Shown here one piece after another: positions 1 through 10,015 of a stretch of DNA of 64,000 bases (positions within the stretch are counted from its first letter, which is position 1; every line of letters begins with the position of its first letter). A program made the translations under genes and the position numbers. The notes beneath the pieces were generated by a model. That model saw nothing but the letters and a program-made list of their open reading frames with translations, was not told the DNA's origin and did no database searches. Source of the stretch: Candidatus Fermentibacteraceae bacterium (GTDB lineage: Bacteria > Fermentibacterota > Fermentibacteria > Fermentibacterales > JCC-6); assembly GCA_027067855.1 (NCBI GenBank), contig JAMOUX010000038.1, positions 15,208 to 79,207 on the forward strand. Reading direction: 5' to 3'.

Positions 1-375
1 CTGGAGTACGCCGTGACCAGGTACGGTCCCCATCTTACCCAGAAACAGCTGGCTGTAGAGTACGGGATTTCCGCGACGCAGCTGGCGGAGCATTACCGTT
101 CCATGGCGGAATCCGTGGACCTGGAGTCGTTGATTTCGACGAACCTTCTCAGGGAAACGGAAAGAGCGGGTCAGGGACTGAAGGACCTGGTAAGACGGGA
201 GGAACTGGCCGAGGCGATCGCCTCCGCAACTGCGAAGATGGAGGAATTTGAAGGACCGGGTGAGATGTGCGACTGGATATTCCGAAGGGTGGATCCGGCC
301 TGCGAGTCTCAGCGGCGCGAGATAGAGGATTTCGTGGCATACCTGTGGAAGAAGAGGACCCCGGGAAGAGAATAG
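1..375 (+). CDS. hypothetical protein, 5'-truncated by window edge (HTH-like stretch TQKQLAVEYGISATQLAEHY)
   Basis: Frame is open from nt 1 into the listed 13..375 ORF; stop at 373-375. No family recognised. Confidence 0.4.
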   Translation: MEYAVTRYGPHLTQKQLAVEYGISATQLAEHYRSMAESVDLESLISTNLLRETERAGQGLKDLVRREELAEAIASATAKMEEFEGPGEMCDWIFRRVDPACESQRREIEDFVAYLWKKRTPGRE

Positions 376-424
376 CCGTGAAGATTCCCATACCCCGGAC
401 TGTACGGCTCCGGTTCGGGGATAA

Positions 425-444
425 ACCGGCCCGGCCGGTGTTTT
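425..444 (+). terminator. possible weak intrinsic terminator
   Basis: ACCGGC-CCG-GCCGGT hairpin followed by GTTTT, downstream of the first ORF and upstream of ppdK. Confidence 0.3.
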
Positions 445-528
445 CAAGGTAGACCGTCTCCGGGAATTTCATATATTAAATGTTCACATGTTCAGCCGAA
501 TACCACTCACAGAGAAAGGGTTCTTAAT

Positions 529-3309
529 ATGAGCGCGACCAAGTACGTCTATTTTTTCGGAGGAGGCAGGACCGAAGGAAACAAGGACCAGAAAGATCTC
601 CTGGGCGGCAAGGGGGCCAACCTTGCGGAGATGACCAGGTTGGGACTTCCGGTGCCGCCGGGTTTCACCATAACCACCGAAGCCTGCGCGAAATATTACG
701 AGGGACGCGGCGGAGAATGGCCGGAGGGTCTGGAAGAGGAAATCCGCGAGAAGCTGGCCCTGTTGGAGGAGGTTACCGGCAAGGAATTCGGTTCTCCGAA
801 GGAACCGCTCCTGGTATCCGTGCGGAGCGGAGCCGCCGTTTCGATGCCGGGAATGATGGATACGGTGCTGAACCTGGGTCTGAACGAAGACTCGATTAAT
901 GCGCTTATCAGGAAGACGGGTAACCCGCGCTTCGTTTGGGACGCGTACCGACGGTTCATCCAGATGTTCGGGGACGTTGTCATGGGAATCCCGCACGATA
1001 CGTTCGAGAAGGAACTGGATGCGGTGAAGGAATCGAGAAACGTCCGACTGGATACCGAGCTTTCGGAGGACGACCTGCTGGAGGTGGTGAAGAGATTCCG
1101 CAAGGTGTTCGACGAGGCTGTCGGAAGGCAGTTCCCCGATGATCCGTGGGAGCAGCTCAAACTTTCCATAGACGCTGTTTTCGGCTCCTGGAACAATCCC
1201 CGGGCCATACGTTACAGAGAGATCAACGGGATAACCGGGCTGGTCGGAACGGCCGTGAACGTGCAGACCATGGTATTCGGAAACATGGGTGACGATTCCG
1301 GAACGGGTGTCTGTTTCACAAGAAACCCGTCGAACGGTGACAACGAATTTTACGGTGAATACCTCATGAACGCACAGGGAGAGGATGTGGTTGCCGGAAT
1401 ACGGACTCCGCAGCCCATATCGACCCTGGAACAGGTGAACGCAAAGGCGTACCGGGAATTACTGGAGATCCGGAAGAAGCTGGAAGAACATTACAGGGAT
1501 ATGCAGGACATCGAGTTCACCATTCAGGAAGGCGAACTCTACATATTGCAGACCAGGACCGGTAAAAGAACGGTGTTCGCCGCTCTGAACATAGCTGTGG
1601 ACATGGTGGACGAAGGGTTGATAGACGACAAGACCGCAGTCATGCGCGTTCCGACGGATTCTTTCAACCAGCTGTTTGCCCCGGTTCTTGACAAGAAGAG
1701 CAAGGAAAAGGCGGAACACCTGACTACCGGTCTTGCCGCTTCTCCCGGGGGAGCCTGCGGCAAGGCCGTGTTCACCGCCGACGATGCCGAGGAATGGGCT
1801 TCCAGAGGCGAAGAGGTGATTCTCTGCAGAAAGGAGACAAGTCCCGAGGATATCGGCGGCATGTCCGTGGCAAAAGGTATACTCACATCCCGGGGCGGTA
1901 TGACTTCCCATGCCGCGGTGGTGGCCAGGGGTATGGGAATACCCTGCGTTGCCGGTGCCGGAGAACTCCGCGTGGATTCGGATTCCAAAGTTATGGTATG
2001 CAATGATGTCGTGGTCAGGGAGGGGGATCTCATAGCCATAGACGGTTTCACCGGGGAAGTCTTCAAGGGTAAGGTCGAGGTCAGACCGTCGGAGATACTG
2101 GCCATTGCTTCCGGTGAGGGGGCTCCCGAGGAGTCCAGGCTTTTCCGTAACTACTCCCGGTTGATGGAGTGGGCTGACAAGTATCGCAGGCTTGGGGTAA
2201 GGACCAACGCCGAGACGGTGAGGGATACCAAGGTTGCCGTGAATTTCGGGGCCGAGGGTATAGGCCTTTGCCGGACCGAGCACATGTTCTTTGCCGGGGA
2301 TAGGATAGTATCCTTCAGAAAACTCATCCTGGTGGCCGAAGAGGTAAAGACTCTTCGTGACAGGATAATGGCCGGTAACGGGGATATCCGGCGTTTGAAG
2401 GAGGAACTCGCCGCTCCGCTCAGGGATTACAACGACGCCCTGGAGGAACTCCTTCCTCTCCAGAGAAGTGATTTCGTCGACATATTCCGTATTCTCGAAG
2501 GCAAACCCTGTACCGTGAGACTCCTGGATCCGCCCCTTCACGAGTTCCTGCCTCATGACGAAGAGGGCCAGGAGGAAATGGCCGCAAAAATGAATGTCCC
2601 GGTGGAGAAAATAAAACAAACCGTAGAGAGACTCCACGAGTTCAACCCTATGCTTGGGCACAGGGGCTGCAGGCTCGGGCTCACCTATCCTGAAGTTTCC
2701 GACATGCAGGTCAGGGCTATCATAGAAGCCGCCATAGAGGTGATGGAGGATGGTATCCGGGTGCGTCCGGAGATAATGATTCCCCTGGTCGGACACCCTA
2801 AGGAACTCAAAATAGCGAGAGAAAGAGCGCTTAAAGTGATATATGAGGTACTGGAGGAAAGAGTACTTCCCCGGGATCACGTGGATTACAAGATAGGTAC
2901 CATGATAGAAATTCCAAGGGCAGTGGTCGATGCGAAAAGAATTGCCGAGTATGCCGACTTCTTCAGTTTCGGGACCAACGATCTCACCCAGATGTCCTGC
3001 GGATTCTCCAGGGACGATGCCGGTGCTTTCCTCGGTGATTACGTAAAGATGGGTATCTACGAGGCGGATCCTTTTACCACGATAGACGTCGAAGGTGTCG
3101 GACGTTTCGTGGAGATGGGTGTAGAAGGCGGCAGGCAGGCGAAACCCGGGTTGAAGATCGGCGTGTGCGGTGAACACGGTGGTGACCCGAGATCCATAAA
3201 GTTTTTTAACGGTGCCGGCCTGGATTATGTCTCATGCTCACCGTTCAGGGTGCCGATAGCAAGGCTCGCAGCAGCCCAGGCGTCCCTGGAGGAGGAAAAC
3301 CGGCGTTAG
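529..3309 (+). CDS. ppdK: pyruvate, phosphate dikinase
   Basis: 926-aa ORF. Has N-terminal KDLLGGKGANLAEM, phospho-His loop GGMTSHAAVVARGMG, and PEP-utilizer C-terminal GLCRTEHMF and FFSFGTNDLTQ. Confidence 0.95.
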   Translation: MSATKYVYFFGGGRTEGNKDQKDLLGGKGANLAEMTRLGLPVPPGFTITTEACAKYYEGRGGEWPEGLEEEIREKLALLEEVTGKEFGSPKEPLLVSVRSGAAVSMPGMMDTVLNLGLNEDSINALIRKTGNPRFVWDAYRRFIQMFGDVVMGIPHDTFEKELDAVKESRNVRLDTELSEDDLLEVVKRFRKVFDEAVGRQFPDDPWEQLKLSIDAVFGSWNNPRAIRYREINGITGLVGTAVNVQTMVFGNMGDDSGTGVCFTRNPSNGDNEFYGEYLMNAQGEDVVAGIRTPQPISTLEQVNAKAYRELLEIRKKLEEHYRDMQDIEFTIQEGELYILQTRTGKRTVFAALNIAVDMVDEGLIDDKTAVMRVPTDSFNQLFAPVLDKKSKEKAEHLTTGLAASPGGACGKAVFTADDAEEWASRGEEVILCRKETSPEDIGGMSVAKGILTSRGGMTSHAAVVARGMGIPCVAGAGELRVDSDSKVMVCNDVVVREGDLIAIDGFTGEVFKGKVEVRPSEILAIASGEGAPEESRLFRNYSRLMEWADKYRRLGVRTNAETVRDTKVAVNFGAEGIGLCRTEHMFFAGDRIVSFRKLILVAEEVKTLRDRIMAGNGDIRRLKEELAAPLRDYNDALEELLPLQRSDFVDIFRILEGKPCTVRLLDPPLHEFLPHDEEGQEEMAAKMNVPVEKIKQTVERLHEFNPMLGHRGCRLGLTYPEVSDMQVRAIIEAAIEVMEDGIRVRPEIMIPLVGHPKELKIARERALKVIYEVLEERVLPRDHVDYKIGTMIEIPRAVVDAKRIAEYADFFSFGTNDLTQMSCGFSRDDAGAFLGDYVKMGIYEADPFTTIDVEGVGRFVEMGVEGGRQAKPGLKIGVCGEHGGDPRSIKFFNGAGLDYVSCSPFRVPIARLAAAQASLEEENRR

Positions 3310-3336
3310 TTCCGCGGGATTCCGGGGGATGATGTT

Positions 3337-5757
3337 TTGGGCCTGGACTCCAGTCGTACCGTTGTCCTTGCCGAAAGTGACGAGGAATTACTGAAGTTCC
3401 TCGGTCGGGTTCTCCGGCTCGAGGGTTTCGAGGTGGTGGAGTGCGCTACTGGAATCGAGGTGATTCAGCGAGTAGTCACTTCTCCTCCTTCACTGGTGGT
3501 GTGCGGTTATTTCCTTCCTCTCCTGGATGGCTTGAAGGTCTGCAGGTACGTGAAAGAGGATCCGGTCCTTTCCGGAGTTCCTTTCGTGCTCCTTGCACCG
3601 GGCCGCGATGCGTACCTTCGCTGGAAGGCCGAGTGGACCGGGGTGGACAGGGTGATCGAACTCCCGGTGCATTCGGAAGACTTCATCGCGACCTGTAGGG
3701 AACTTACTCTCGATAATATTCGAAACGAAGCCCCCGGACTGGCCGTCCTCCAGGATAGGGAATCCATACTGGAAAGACTCTGCAGCCGCCTGGAACTCAG
3801 GGTTGACAAACTCGAAGCGGTATGGAGACTCACGGAAGACCTGGGAAAGACGATGAGCGTTCGTGAACTCTTCAGGAAAGTGGCGAACGGCATCCTCACA
3901 AGGATGGGTTTTGATCGCGTGTGGGTCACGAGATACCTGGAGAAGACCGACGAATTGGTTACCGAGGTAGCCAGGGGTAGAAATCTGGGGAACATACCCG
4001 CTTCGGTGCATGTGAGGGATTTTCTCGGCGTTCCCCTGGGCATGGCGGTGCGGGACATGGTGCAGGTCACCTCCGGGAGTTTCGACGCGCCGGACGAGAA
4101 ACTGCGCTGGGCCGGAAGCCTGAATTACGTTGATACCCCCCTGGTTGCCGCTGGAAGTCCGCTCGGAGTCATCAGGTGCGACCGGTGGGTCACCGGCAGG
4201 AAGATTGACAGAACGGATCTGGAAGCCTTGAGGATGTACGTGTCCCACGCGGCCGATTCCATCCTGAACGCAATGATTCTGGAGGACGTATCGGAGGAGC
4301 GGGAACAGGTGGCGGCCGTTATGAACAGCCTCGATTCGGGAGTGATGGTGGTGGACAATACCGGGGTTATCCTCCAGGCCAGTCGGCGATTCGGAGAGTT
4401 GTTCGGCAAGGATGCCGGCGGTCTTACGGGCAAGAGGACACATGATATTCTGCCGGTACTCACCCGGGAACAGGAGAGCCCGTTCCTCCTGGCGCTCCAG
4501 GAGGAGAAGGAATCGAGAGATCACGTCATCAGACTGGGTGATACCGCCGGCACCGTGCTGAAGCTGAGCTATTTGCCTTTCATGAAGGCAGGACATTTCG
4601 CCGGTGTGGTGGTACTGGCCACTGATATGACGGAGAACCATTTACTCCGGGACAGCCTGAGAAGAAAAAACGAGCAACTCGAGACCATATCATTGATAGG
4701 CAGTCAGCTCAATTCCACCAGGGATCTGGACAAGATATGCCAGGAAGTGGTCAAGGTGCTCAGGAGATTCTTTTCTTCCGAGGCCGTGATAGTCTTCCTG
4801 GCCGAGAACGGACGCGAAGGAACCATGCCGTCCTCGGTCAAGGCCGTGGTGACGGCGGGTTACGATCGTGAAACGGATCCGGAAGGGCTGTTGCTCAGGA
4901 TAGATGGCACCCAGATGAAACAGGGAGGCGGCGGACACGATGAAACCCGTGCGAGGAACATCGTGATCAGATCTATAGTCACCGGGAAACCGGTGAACGT
5001 CAAGAAGGTACAGGATGACAGGGCCTACGTGCGAATCCTCTCTACCACAATGAGCGAGATAGCGGTTCCAATGGTGGTACAGGGAAGGATAGTAGGGGCC
5101 GTGGACATACAAAGTCCCACCGTGGCGAGGTTCGATTCCGAATCGGAAAGAATAATCGTCGCCTTGGCCAACCATGCCGCTACTGCGGTGGAGAATGCGA
5201 TTCTGCACTCCAGGGTGCTGAGTCTCGCCAGGCGTGATAAGCTGACCGGTCTCGGCAACTTGAGGTATTTCGAAGAAAAACTGGAAGAAGAATTCAGGAG
5301 GACGGACCGCTCCAATTTTCCGTTTTCTCTTATAATGATGGACATAGACGATTTTAAGCATTACAACGATTCCTGGGGACATCTCATGGGGAATACCCTC
5401 CTGAAGACAGTGGTCAAAGCCATGAGAAGCGCCGTCAGGGAGGTCGACGTACTCATAAGGTACGGTGGCGAGGAATTCGTTTGCATCATGCCCTTTACCG
5501 GGGAACAGGAGGCGGCTGAAATCGCCGAGCGTATACGAAAGAAAGTCATGGAGTCCTCCTACGTAATTCCCCATGCGGAGCAGCAGCCTCTGGGGATGGT
5601 GAGCATAAGCCTCGGGGTGGCCACGTACCTTACGGATGTGATCGAAAAGGACATGCTTCTGAAGTATGCTGATCAGCGGATGTACATGGCGAAACGCTCG
5701 GGCAAGAACCGGGTGGTTGCCCCGGCCCTGGGTAATTGCAAATTCGCCGGAAGGTAA
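3337..5757 (+). CDS. multidomain diguanylate cyclase: degenerate receiver, then GAF/PAS sensory region, then GGDEF
   Basis: TTG start. C-terminal GGDEF domain with RYGGEEF active site and RxxD I-site (REVD) five residues upstream. The N-terminal CheY-like fold lacks the phospho-acceptor Asp. Confidence 0.85.
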   Translation: MGLDSSRTVVLAESDEELLKFLGRVLRLEGFEVVECATGIEVIQRVVTSPPSLVVCGYFLPLLDGLKVCRYVKEDPVLSGVPFVLLAPGRDAYLRWKAEWTGVDRVIELPVHSEDFIATCRELTLDNIRNEAPGLAVLQDRESILERLCSRLELRVDKLEAVWRLTEDLGKTMSVRELFRKVANGILTRMGFDRVWVTRYLEKTDELVTEVARGRNLGNIPASVHVRDFLGVPLGMAVRDMVQVTSGSFDAPDEKLRWAGSLNYVDTPLVAAGSPLGVIRCDRWVTGRKIDRTDLEALRMYVSHAADSILNAMILEDVSEEREQVAAVMNSLDSGVMVVDNTGVILQASRRFGELFGKDAGGLTGKRTHDILPVLTREQESPFLLALQEEKESRDHVIRLGDTAGTVLKLSYLPFMKAGHFAGVVVLATDMTENHLLRDSLRRKNEQLETISLIGSQLNSTRDLDKICQEVVKVLRRFFSSEAVIVFLAENGREGTMPSSVKAVVTAGYDRETDPEGLLLRIDGTQMKQGGGGHDETRARNIVIRSIVTGKPVNVKKVQDDRAYVRILSTTMSEIAVPMVVQGRIVGAVDIQSPTVARFDSESERIIVALANHAATAVENAILHSRVLSLARRDKLTGLGNLRYFEEKLEEEFRRTDRSNFPFSLIMMDIDDFKHYNDSWGHLMGNTLLKTVVKAMRSAVREVDVLIRYGGEEFVCIMPFTGEQEAAEIAERIRKKVMESSYVIPHAEQQPLGMVSISLGVATYLTDVIEKDMLLKYADQRMYMAKRSGKNRVVAPALGNCKFAGR

Positions 5758-5845
5758 GTCCGCGAAGCTAGCAGCCGTCCGGGTGCTTTTGTAGATTTCC
5801 CGTTGATAGATAGTTAGCGATCTCTTTCCTGGCCGGGAAGGTGCC

Positions 5846-6952
5846 ATGGCATTCGACGTAGTTCTCAAGTCGGGATTCGAGGGCTATCACAGGCCTGCAA
5901 TAAAATCAGCGCTGGCGGATATGGTCGCACTGGCGGGAGGATGGCCGGGGGAAATCCGCCGGGGGGCGGTTGTCCTTCTCAAGGTCAATATGCTTTCGGC
6001 TAAAGAACCCCACAGGGCCATAACATCTCATCCGGATGTCGTCGCCGCGCTTGCGGAACTGTTGCTGGAAAAGGGTTGCAGGGTGCAGGTCGGTGACAGT
6101 CCGGGCGGGGCGGTGAAAGGCATAGAAAGATACTGGGATCGTTGCGGATTCAGTACCGTGGCCCGTGAATTGGATCTGGAACTGGTTAATTTCGAGAGGT
6201 CCGGCTCCGTGGAAAGGCGGGTGGGAAACAGGACGTATAACGTATCCCGCGTCGTGCTCGAGGCCGATGCTCTGGTCAACGTGTGCAAATTCAAGACCCA
6301 CGGACTCATGCGCCTCACCAATGCAGTGAAGAATGCTTTCGGGGTGATTCCAGGCCTCGGCAAGGCGGTACTGCACAGCCATGCGGTGAAACCCGGGGCT
6401 CTTGCGGAGGTGATAGTGGACGTCTATTCCGCGGTTCCGTGGACCCTGCACGTAATGGATGCCATTCTTGCCATGGATGGAAAGGGACCCAGTACGGACG
6501 GACACCCCCGCATGGATGGTATCCTGGGCCTGGCACGGGACGGAGTTTGCCTTGATGTGGTAATGGCTGAACTGGCGGGGTTGCCTCCCATGAAACTGCG
6601 TACCAACGAAGTCGCGCTGGGCAGGGGCATGGGGAAACCACGGGGGGAAATAAGCGTTCATGGGCTGAAAAGCAGCCATCTGGACGATTTCAGGGTACCG
6701 GGGGAACATTTTTACAATATGCTTCCTTCTTTCGTCGGAGACTTGGCCAGGTTCTTGTTCAAGAAACCGCCCTATGCCAACGAGAATTGCGTGGGTTGTG
6801 GAATATGCGCGGAAGGTTGTCCCGTGGGTGCGATAGAAATAATAAACGGCAGGGCCGTGATGGATGGGAAGAAATGTATAATGTGCCTGTGCTGTCACGA
6901 GTTGTGTCCTGAAAAAGCCGTCACCGTCAGGATACCGCTGGGAAGGGGTTGA
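5846..6952 (+). CDS. DUF362 domain protein with C-terminal 2x[4Fe-4S] ferredoxin domain
   Basis: N-terminal pattern VVLLKVNMLSAKEPHRAITSHPDVV...VGDSPGG is typical of DUF362. C-terminus has CVGCGICAEGCP and CIMCLCCHELCP cluster motifs. Confidence 0.7.
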   Translation: MAFDVVLKSGFEGYHRPAIKSALADMVALAGGWPGEIRRGAVVLLKVNMLSAKEPHRAITSHPDVVAALAELLLEKGCRVQVGDSPGGAVKGIERYWDRCGFSTVARELDLELVNFERSGSVERRVGNRTYNVSRVVLEADALVNVCKFKTHGLMRLTNAVKNAFGVIPGLGKAVLHSHAVKPGALAEVIVDVYSAVPWTLHVMDAILAMDGKGPSTDGHPRMDGILGLARDGVCLDVVMAELAGLPPMKLRTNEVALGRGMGKPRGEISVHGLKSSHLDDFRVPGEHFYNMLPSFVGDLARFLFKKPPYANENCVGCGICAEGCPVGAIEIINGRAVMDGKKCIMCLCCHELCPEKAVTVRIPLGRG

Positions 6953-6955
6953 TAC

Positions 6956-7888
6956 ATGTCCGAAACTTCTTCCGGGCCGACACCGATGCATCGCTTGGAG
7001 TATATCCTGCTCAGGTTCGTTGCTTCCATGGTTTGCATGTTACCCATCGGAGCCGCTCTCGGGGTGGGTGCCATGATGGGCCGACTCGCATGGAAGATCT
7101 TCGGGGTGCGCCGGAAGATAGTCTTAAAGAATCTCCGGCAGGCTTTTCCCGGCATGGATGCCGAAGAGTTGGAGGACCTGGGTTGCAGGTCGTACATGAA
7201 TTCGGGCAGGTTCATGGTCGAGTTTGCCAGGCAGGGGAAGGTGGACGAAAATTACGTGACCCGGTACGTGAGAATCGGAGATTCCCGAAGGCTCGACGAA
7301 TTAAGAACTATGGGAGGCGCGTTGCTCATAACGGGACATTTCGGTAATTGGGAGCTTTTCGGCATCGCCTGCAAATATTTCCTCGGTGACGTGGCCTTCC
7401 TGGTGGGCAGGCAGAGTAACGCATTGGTGGACCGTTACATAAACGATAACAGGTCATCTCACGGAATCCGGTTGTACAACAGGAGGTCTGCGGTTAAAGG
7501 GGTCCTGGAATCCATGAGAAGAGGTGGTTTTGTCTGCTGGCTGTCGGACCAGGATGCGGGTTCCGGCGGTATCGTGGTGGATTTTTTCGGGTACCCGGCC
7601 TCCACTCCCAGGGGTGCCGCAGCCTTTTCCGTCAAGTTGGGAGTCCCGGTGATTCCCGCCGTCCTGGAAAGGGAAGGGACGGGTCCGTTCCACGTCCTTG
7701 AATTAGGTGTGCCGGTATATCCCCCGGATGGAATATCCGGGGAGCAGGCCGAGATCGAGGTGACGCGGGAGTACACCAGGCAGTTGGAGGAATTCGTCAG
7801 GAAAAGACCCGACCTGTACTGGTGGGCGCACAGGAGATGGAAGAGTACCGGGTTATATTCCGGTGACGATACGGGAAACGGGGTATGA
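6956..7888 (+). CDS. lipid A biosynthesis (LpxL/HtrB-type) / lysophospholipid acyltransferase family protein
   Basis: N-terminal TM helix and HX4(D/E) motif ITGHFGNWE. Overall LpxL-like layout (RKIVLKNLRQAFP..., ...YWWAHRRWK). Confidence 0.75.
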   Translation: MSETSSGPTPMHRLEYILLRFVASMVCMLPIGAALGVGAMMGRLAWKIFGVRRKIVLKNLRQAFPGMDAEELEDLGCRSYMNSGRFMVEFARQGKVDENYVTRYVRIGDSRRLDELRTMGGALLITGHFGNWELFGIACKYFLGDVAFLVGRQSNALVDRYINDNRSSHGIRLYNRRSAVKGVLESMRRGGFVCWLSDQDAGSGGIVVDFFGYPASTPRGAAAFSVKLGVPVIPAVLEREGTGPFHVLELGVPVYPPDGISGEQAEIEVTREYTRQLEEFVRKRPDLYWWAHRRWKSTGLYSGDDTGNGV

Positions 7889-9012
7889 AATTGAAGAAGA
7901 GCAAGGTCGCCGTGCTGAAGACGTCGCCTGAAACGGTGCTGGAAGATTACTCGAAGTTGATGAGAAGCATAGACTATACCGGGGTTATGGATGCCGGCAG
8001 GGACGTACTGTTGAAAATCAACGTCTCCTGGCATCACTGGTACCCGGCCTGTTCCACCACGCCTTGGCAGCTCGACGGAGTCATAAGGACACTCCTGGAA
8101 GACGGGTTCAGGAAAGAGCAACTCGTGTCCGCGCACAACAGGACCGTGGTGGTCAGTGATAAGGTGGGGGAAAAGAAGAACCATCTCAAGCAGGTGGACG
8201 AGGATCTGCACGGCATAAGGAAGGTCAGGTTGTATGAAAAACCCGTCAAATGGGTGCCCTTCAGACCTTCCAAGCCCTTCCGGGTATTGGATGATATTTT
8301 TCCCGACGGTGTGAGAATACCTGACGTACTCATCGGCAAAAACATAATTCACCTGCCCACCGTGAAGACTCACGTGTTCACCACCATAACCGGCGCGATG
8401 AAGAATGCTTTCGGTGGGCTTCTCAGTGAGCGCAGACACTGGACCCACAGCGTTATACACGAGACCCTCGTGGATCTCCTGAGGATACAGAAGGAAATAC
8501 ATCCGGGCATACTGGCGGTGATGGACGGCACTTTTGCGGGAGAGGGCCCGGGCCCCAGGGCGATGATACCCCACGTGAAAAACTACATTCTCGCATCGGC
8601 CGACCAGGTCGCCATAGACGCCGTGAGCGCCGGGATGCAGGGTTTCGATCCCATGAAGCTGGATTTCATAAGACTTGCCCACGAGGAAGGACTCGGAGTG
8701 GGGGATCCGTCGATGATAGAAATAGTTGGTGAAGATATATCCGGCGTAAACTTCCATTTCGTGCAGACCGACACCTTGGCCAGCAAGGGTCAGAAGCTTA
8801 TCTATCAAGGCTGGTTGAAACCCCTGGAGAATTTTTTGCTCAGATCGCCTCTGGTTCCGTGGTCGTACGTGGCCAGCAGGTTCTATCACGACGTATTCTG
8901 GCTGAATGTCGTGGGCAGGAAAAGGATAAAGGAAGCGTTGAATACGGGATGGGGTAAGCTGTTCGAAATGTACGGCTCGGTGGAGACCATTCCGCCACTG
9001 AAGAAGGATTAG
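7885..9012 (+). CDS. DUF362 domain protein (no ferredoxin domain)
   Basis: LLKINVSWHHWYPACSTTPWQLDGVIRTL and later HLPTVKTHVFTTITGAMKNAFG resemble DUF362. ATGA overlap with the upstream acyltransferase. Confidence 0.65.
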   Translation: MKLKKSKVAVLKTSPETVLEDYSKLMRSIDYTGVMDAGRDVLLKINVSWHHWYPACSTTPWQLDGVIRTLLEDGFRKEQLVSAHNRTVVVSDKVGEKKNHLKQVDEDLHGIRKVRLYEKPVKWVPFRPSKPFRVLDDIFPDGVRIPDVLIGKNIIHLPTVKTHVFTTITGAMKNAFGGLLSERRHWTHSVIHETLVDLLRIQKEIHPGILAVMDGTFAGEGPGPRAMIPHVKNYILASADQVAIDAVSAGMQGFDPMKLDFIRLAHEEGLGVGDPSMIEIVGEDISGVNFHFVQTDTLASKGQKLIYQGWLKPLENFLLRSPLVPWSYVASRFYHDVFWLNVVGRKRIKEALNTGWGKLFEMYGSVETIPPLKKD

Positions 9013-9019
9013 GTCCGGG

Positions 9020-10015
9020 ATGCCTTTGAAACTGGCCGTTGTGGGTTGCGGACGATGGGGTGGTTTCCATCTGTGGTATGCTCACAGGATCGGGTTCCGG
9101 GTAACGGGATGGGAACCTCCCGGGAATCCCGGATTTCATAAACTCATCGAAACCCGCAGGAATAAGTACCTTGAGATTCCCGACGGGGTCAGCCTCACCG
9201 AGAACATGGACGACATCCGCGACAGCGACATCATAGTGGTGTCGGTCCCGGCCCAGGAATTCCGCGGCGTATGCAGGTCTCTTTCGTCCATGAACATGGA
9301 GTCCACGTACGTGGTACTCTGCATGAAAGGGATAGAAAGAGGTACGGGATTGAGACTTTCACAGGTCGCCGCCGAGGAAGGCCTGTCTCCCGCCGGTCTT
9401 TCCGTATGGGTGGGACCGGGTCATCCTCAACAGTTCCTGGAAGGCGTTCCGAGCTGCATGATAGTAGCGTCGGAGACCGGGGAAGACGGAAAAAGAATGG
9501 CATCCCTGTTCGGAAGTGACCTTATAAGATTCTACTGGTCCGGCGATCTCGTGGGATGCGAAATAGGGGCGGCCACCAAGAATGTCGTGGGTATCGCGGC
9601 GGGATTGCTGGACGGAATGGGTTATTCGGGGTTGAAGGGAGCCCTGATGGCCAGAGCGCCGTTGGAGGTGTCCAGGCTCGTCGCAGCCCTGGGCGGCGAT
9701 TGGAAGACCGTCTACGGACTTTCGCATCTGGGTGACTACGAAGCGACGCTCTTTTCCCCTTTCAGTCATAACCGGAGATACGGGGAAGAGTTGGCCGGGG
9801 GCCGCAGGATGGATAGGATTAAACTGGCGGAAGGAGTTGAAACCACCTACGCCACCATGGAACTTGCGGAGAGGGTAGGGGTCGAGATGCCGATAGTATC
9901 CATGGTGAAAAGAATACTGGATGGAGAAACCACTGTCGGAGAAGCCATTTCCGAATTGTTTTCGAGGCCGGAGAGAGAGGAATTCCCCGATGATATTCCG
10001 GGTATCGGCGGCTGA
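9020..10015 (+). CDS. gpsA: NAD(P)H-dependent glycerol-3-phosphate dehydrogenase
   Basis: N-terminal Rossmann VVGCGRWGG. Has GAATKNVVGIAAGLLDG and the LSHLGDYEATLFSPFSHNRRYG motifs of GpsA. Confidence 0.85.
   Translation: MPLKLAVVGCGRWGGFHLWYAHRIGFRVTGWEPPGNPGFHKLIETRRNKYLEIPDGVSLTENMDDIRDSDIIVVSVPAQEFRGVCRSLSSMNMESTYVVLCMKGIERGTGLRLSQVAAEEGLSPAGLSVWVGPGHPQQFLEGVPSCMIVASETGEDGKRMASLFGSDLIRFYWSGDLVGCEIGAATKNVVGIAAGLLDGMGYSGLKGALMARAPLEVSRLVAALGGDWKTVYGLSHLGDYEATLFSPFSHNRRYGEELAGGRRMDRIKLAEGVETTYATMELAERVGVEMPIVSMVKRILDGETTVGEAISELFSRPEREEFPDDIPGIGG

Noticed and set aside
1459-3177. 572-aa ORF antisense to ppdK. Similar long antisense or out-of-frame ORFs occur at 3490..4641, 4690..5868, 5906..6991, 7459..8889, 10161..11243, 12850..13761, 19433..20347, 39675..40679 and 48606..49772.
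   Set aside because: They lie opposite or out of frame to genes with unmistakable family motifs. Their translations are Arg/Pro/Gly/His-rich with no recognisable domains, which is typical of spurious open frames in GC-rich DNA.
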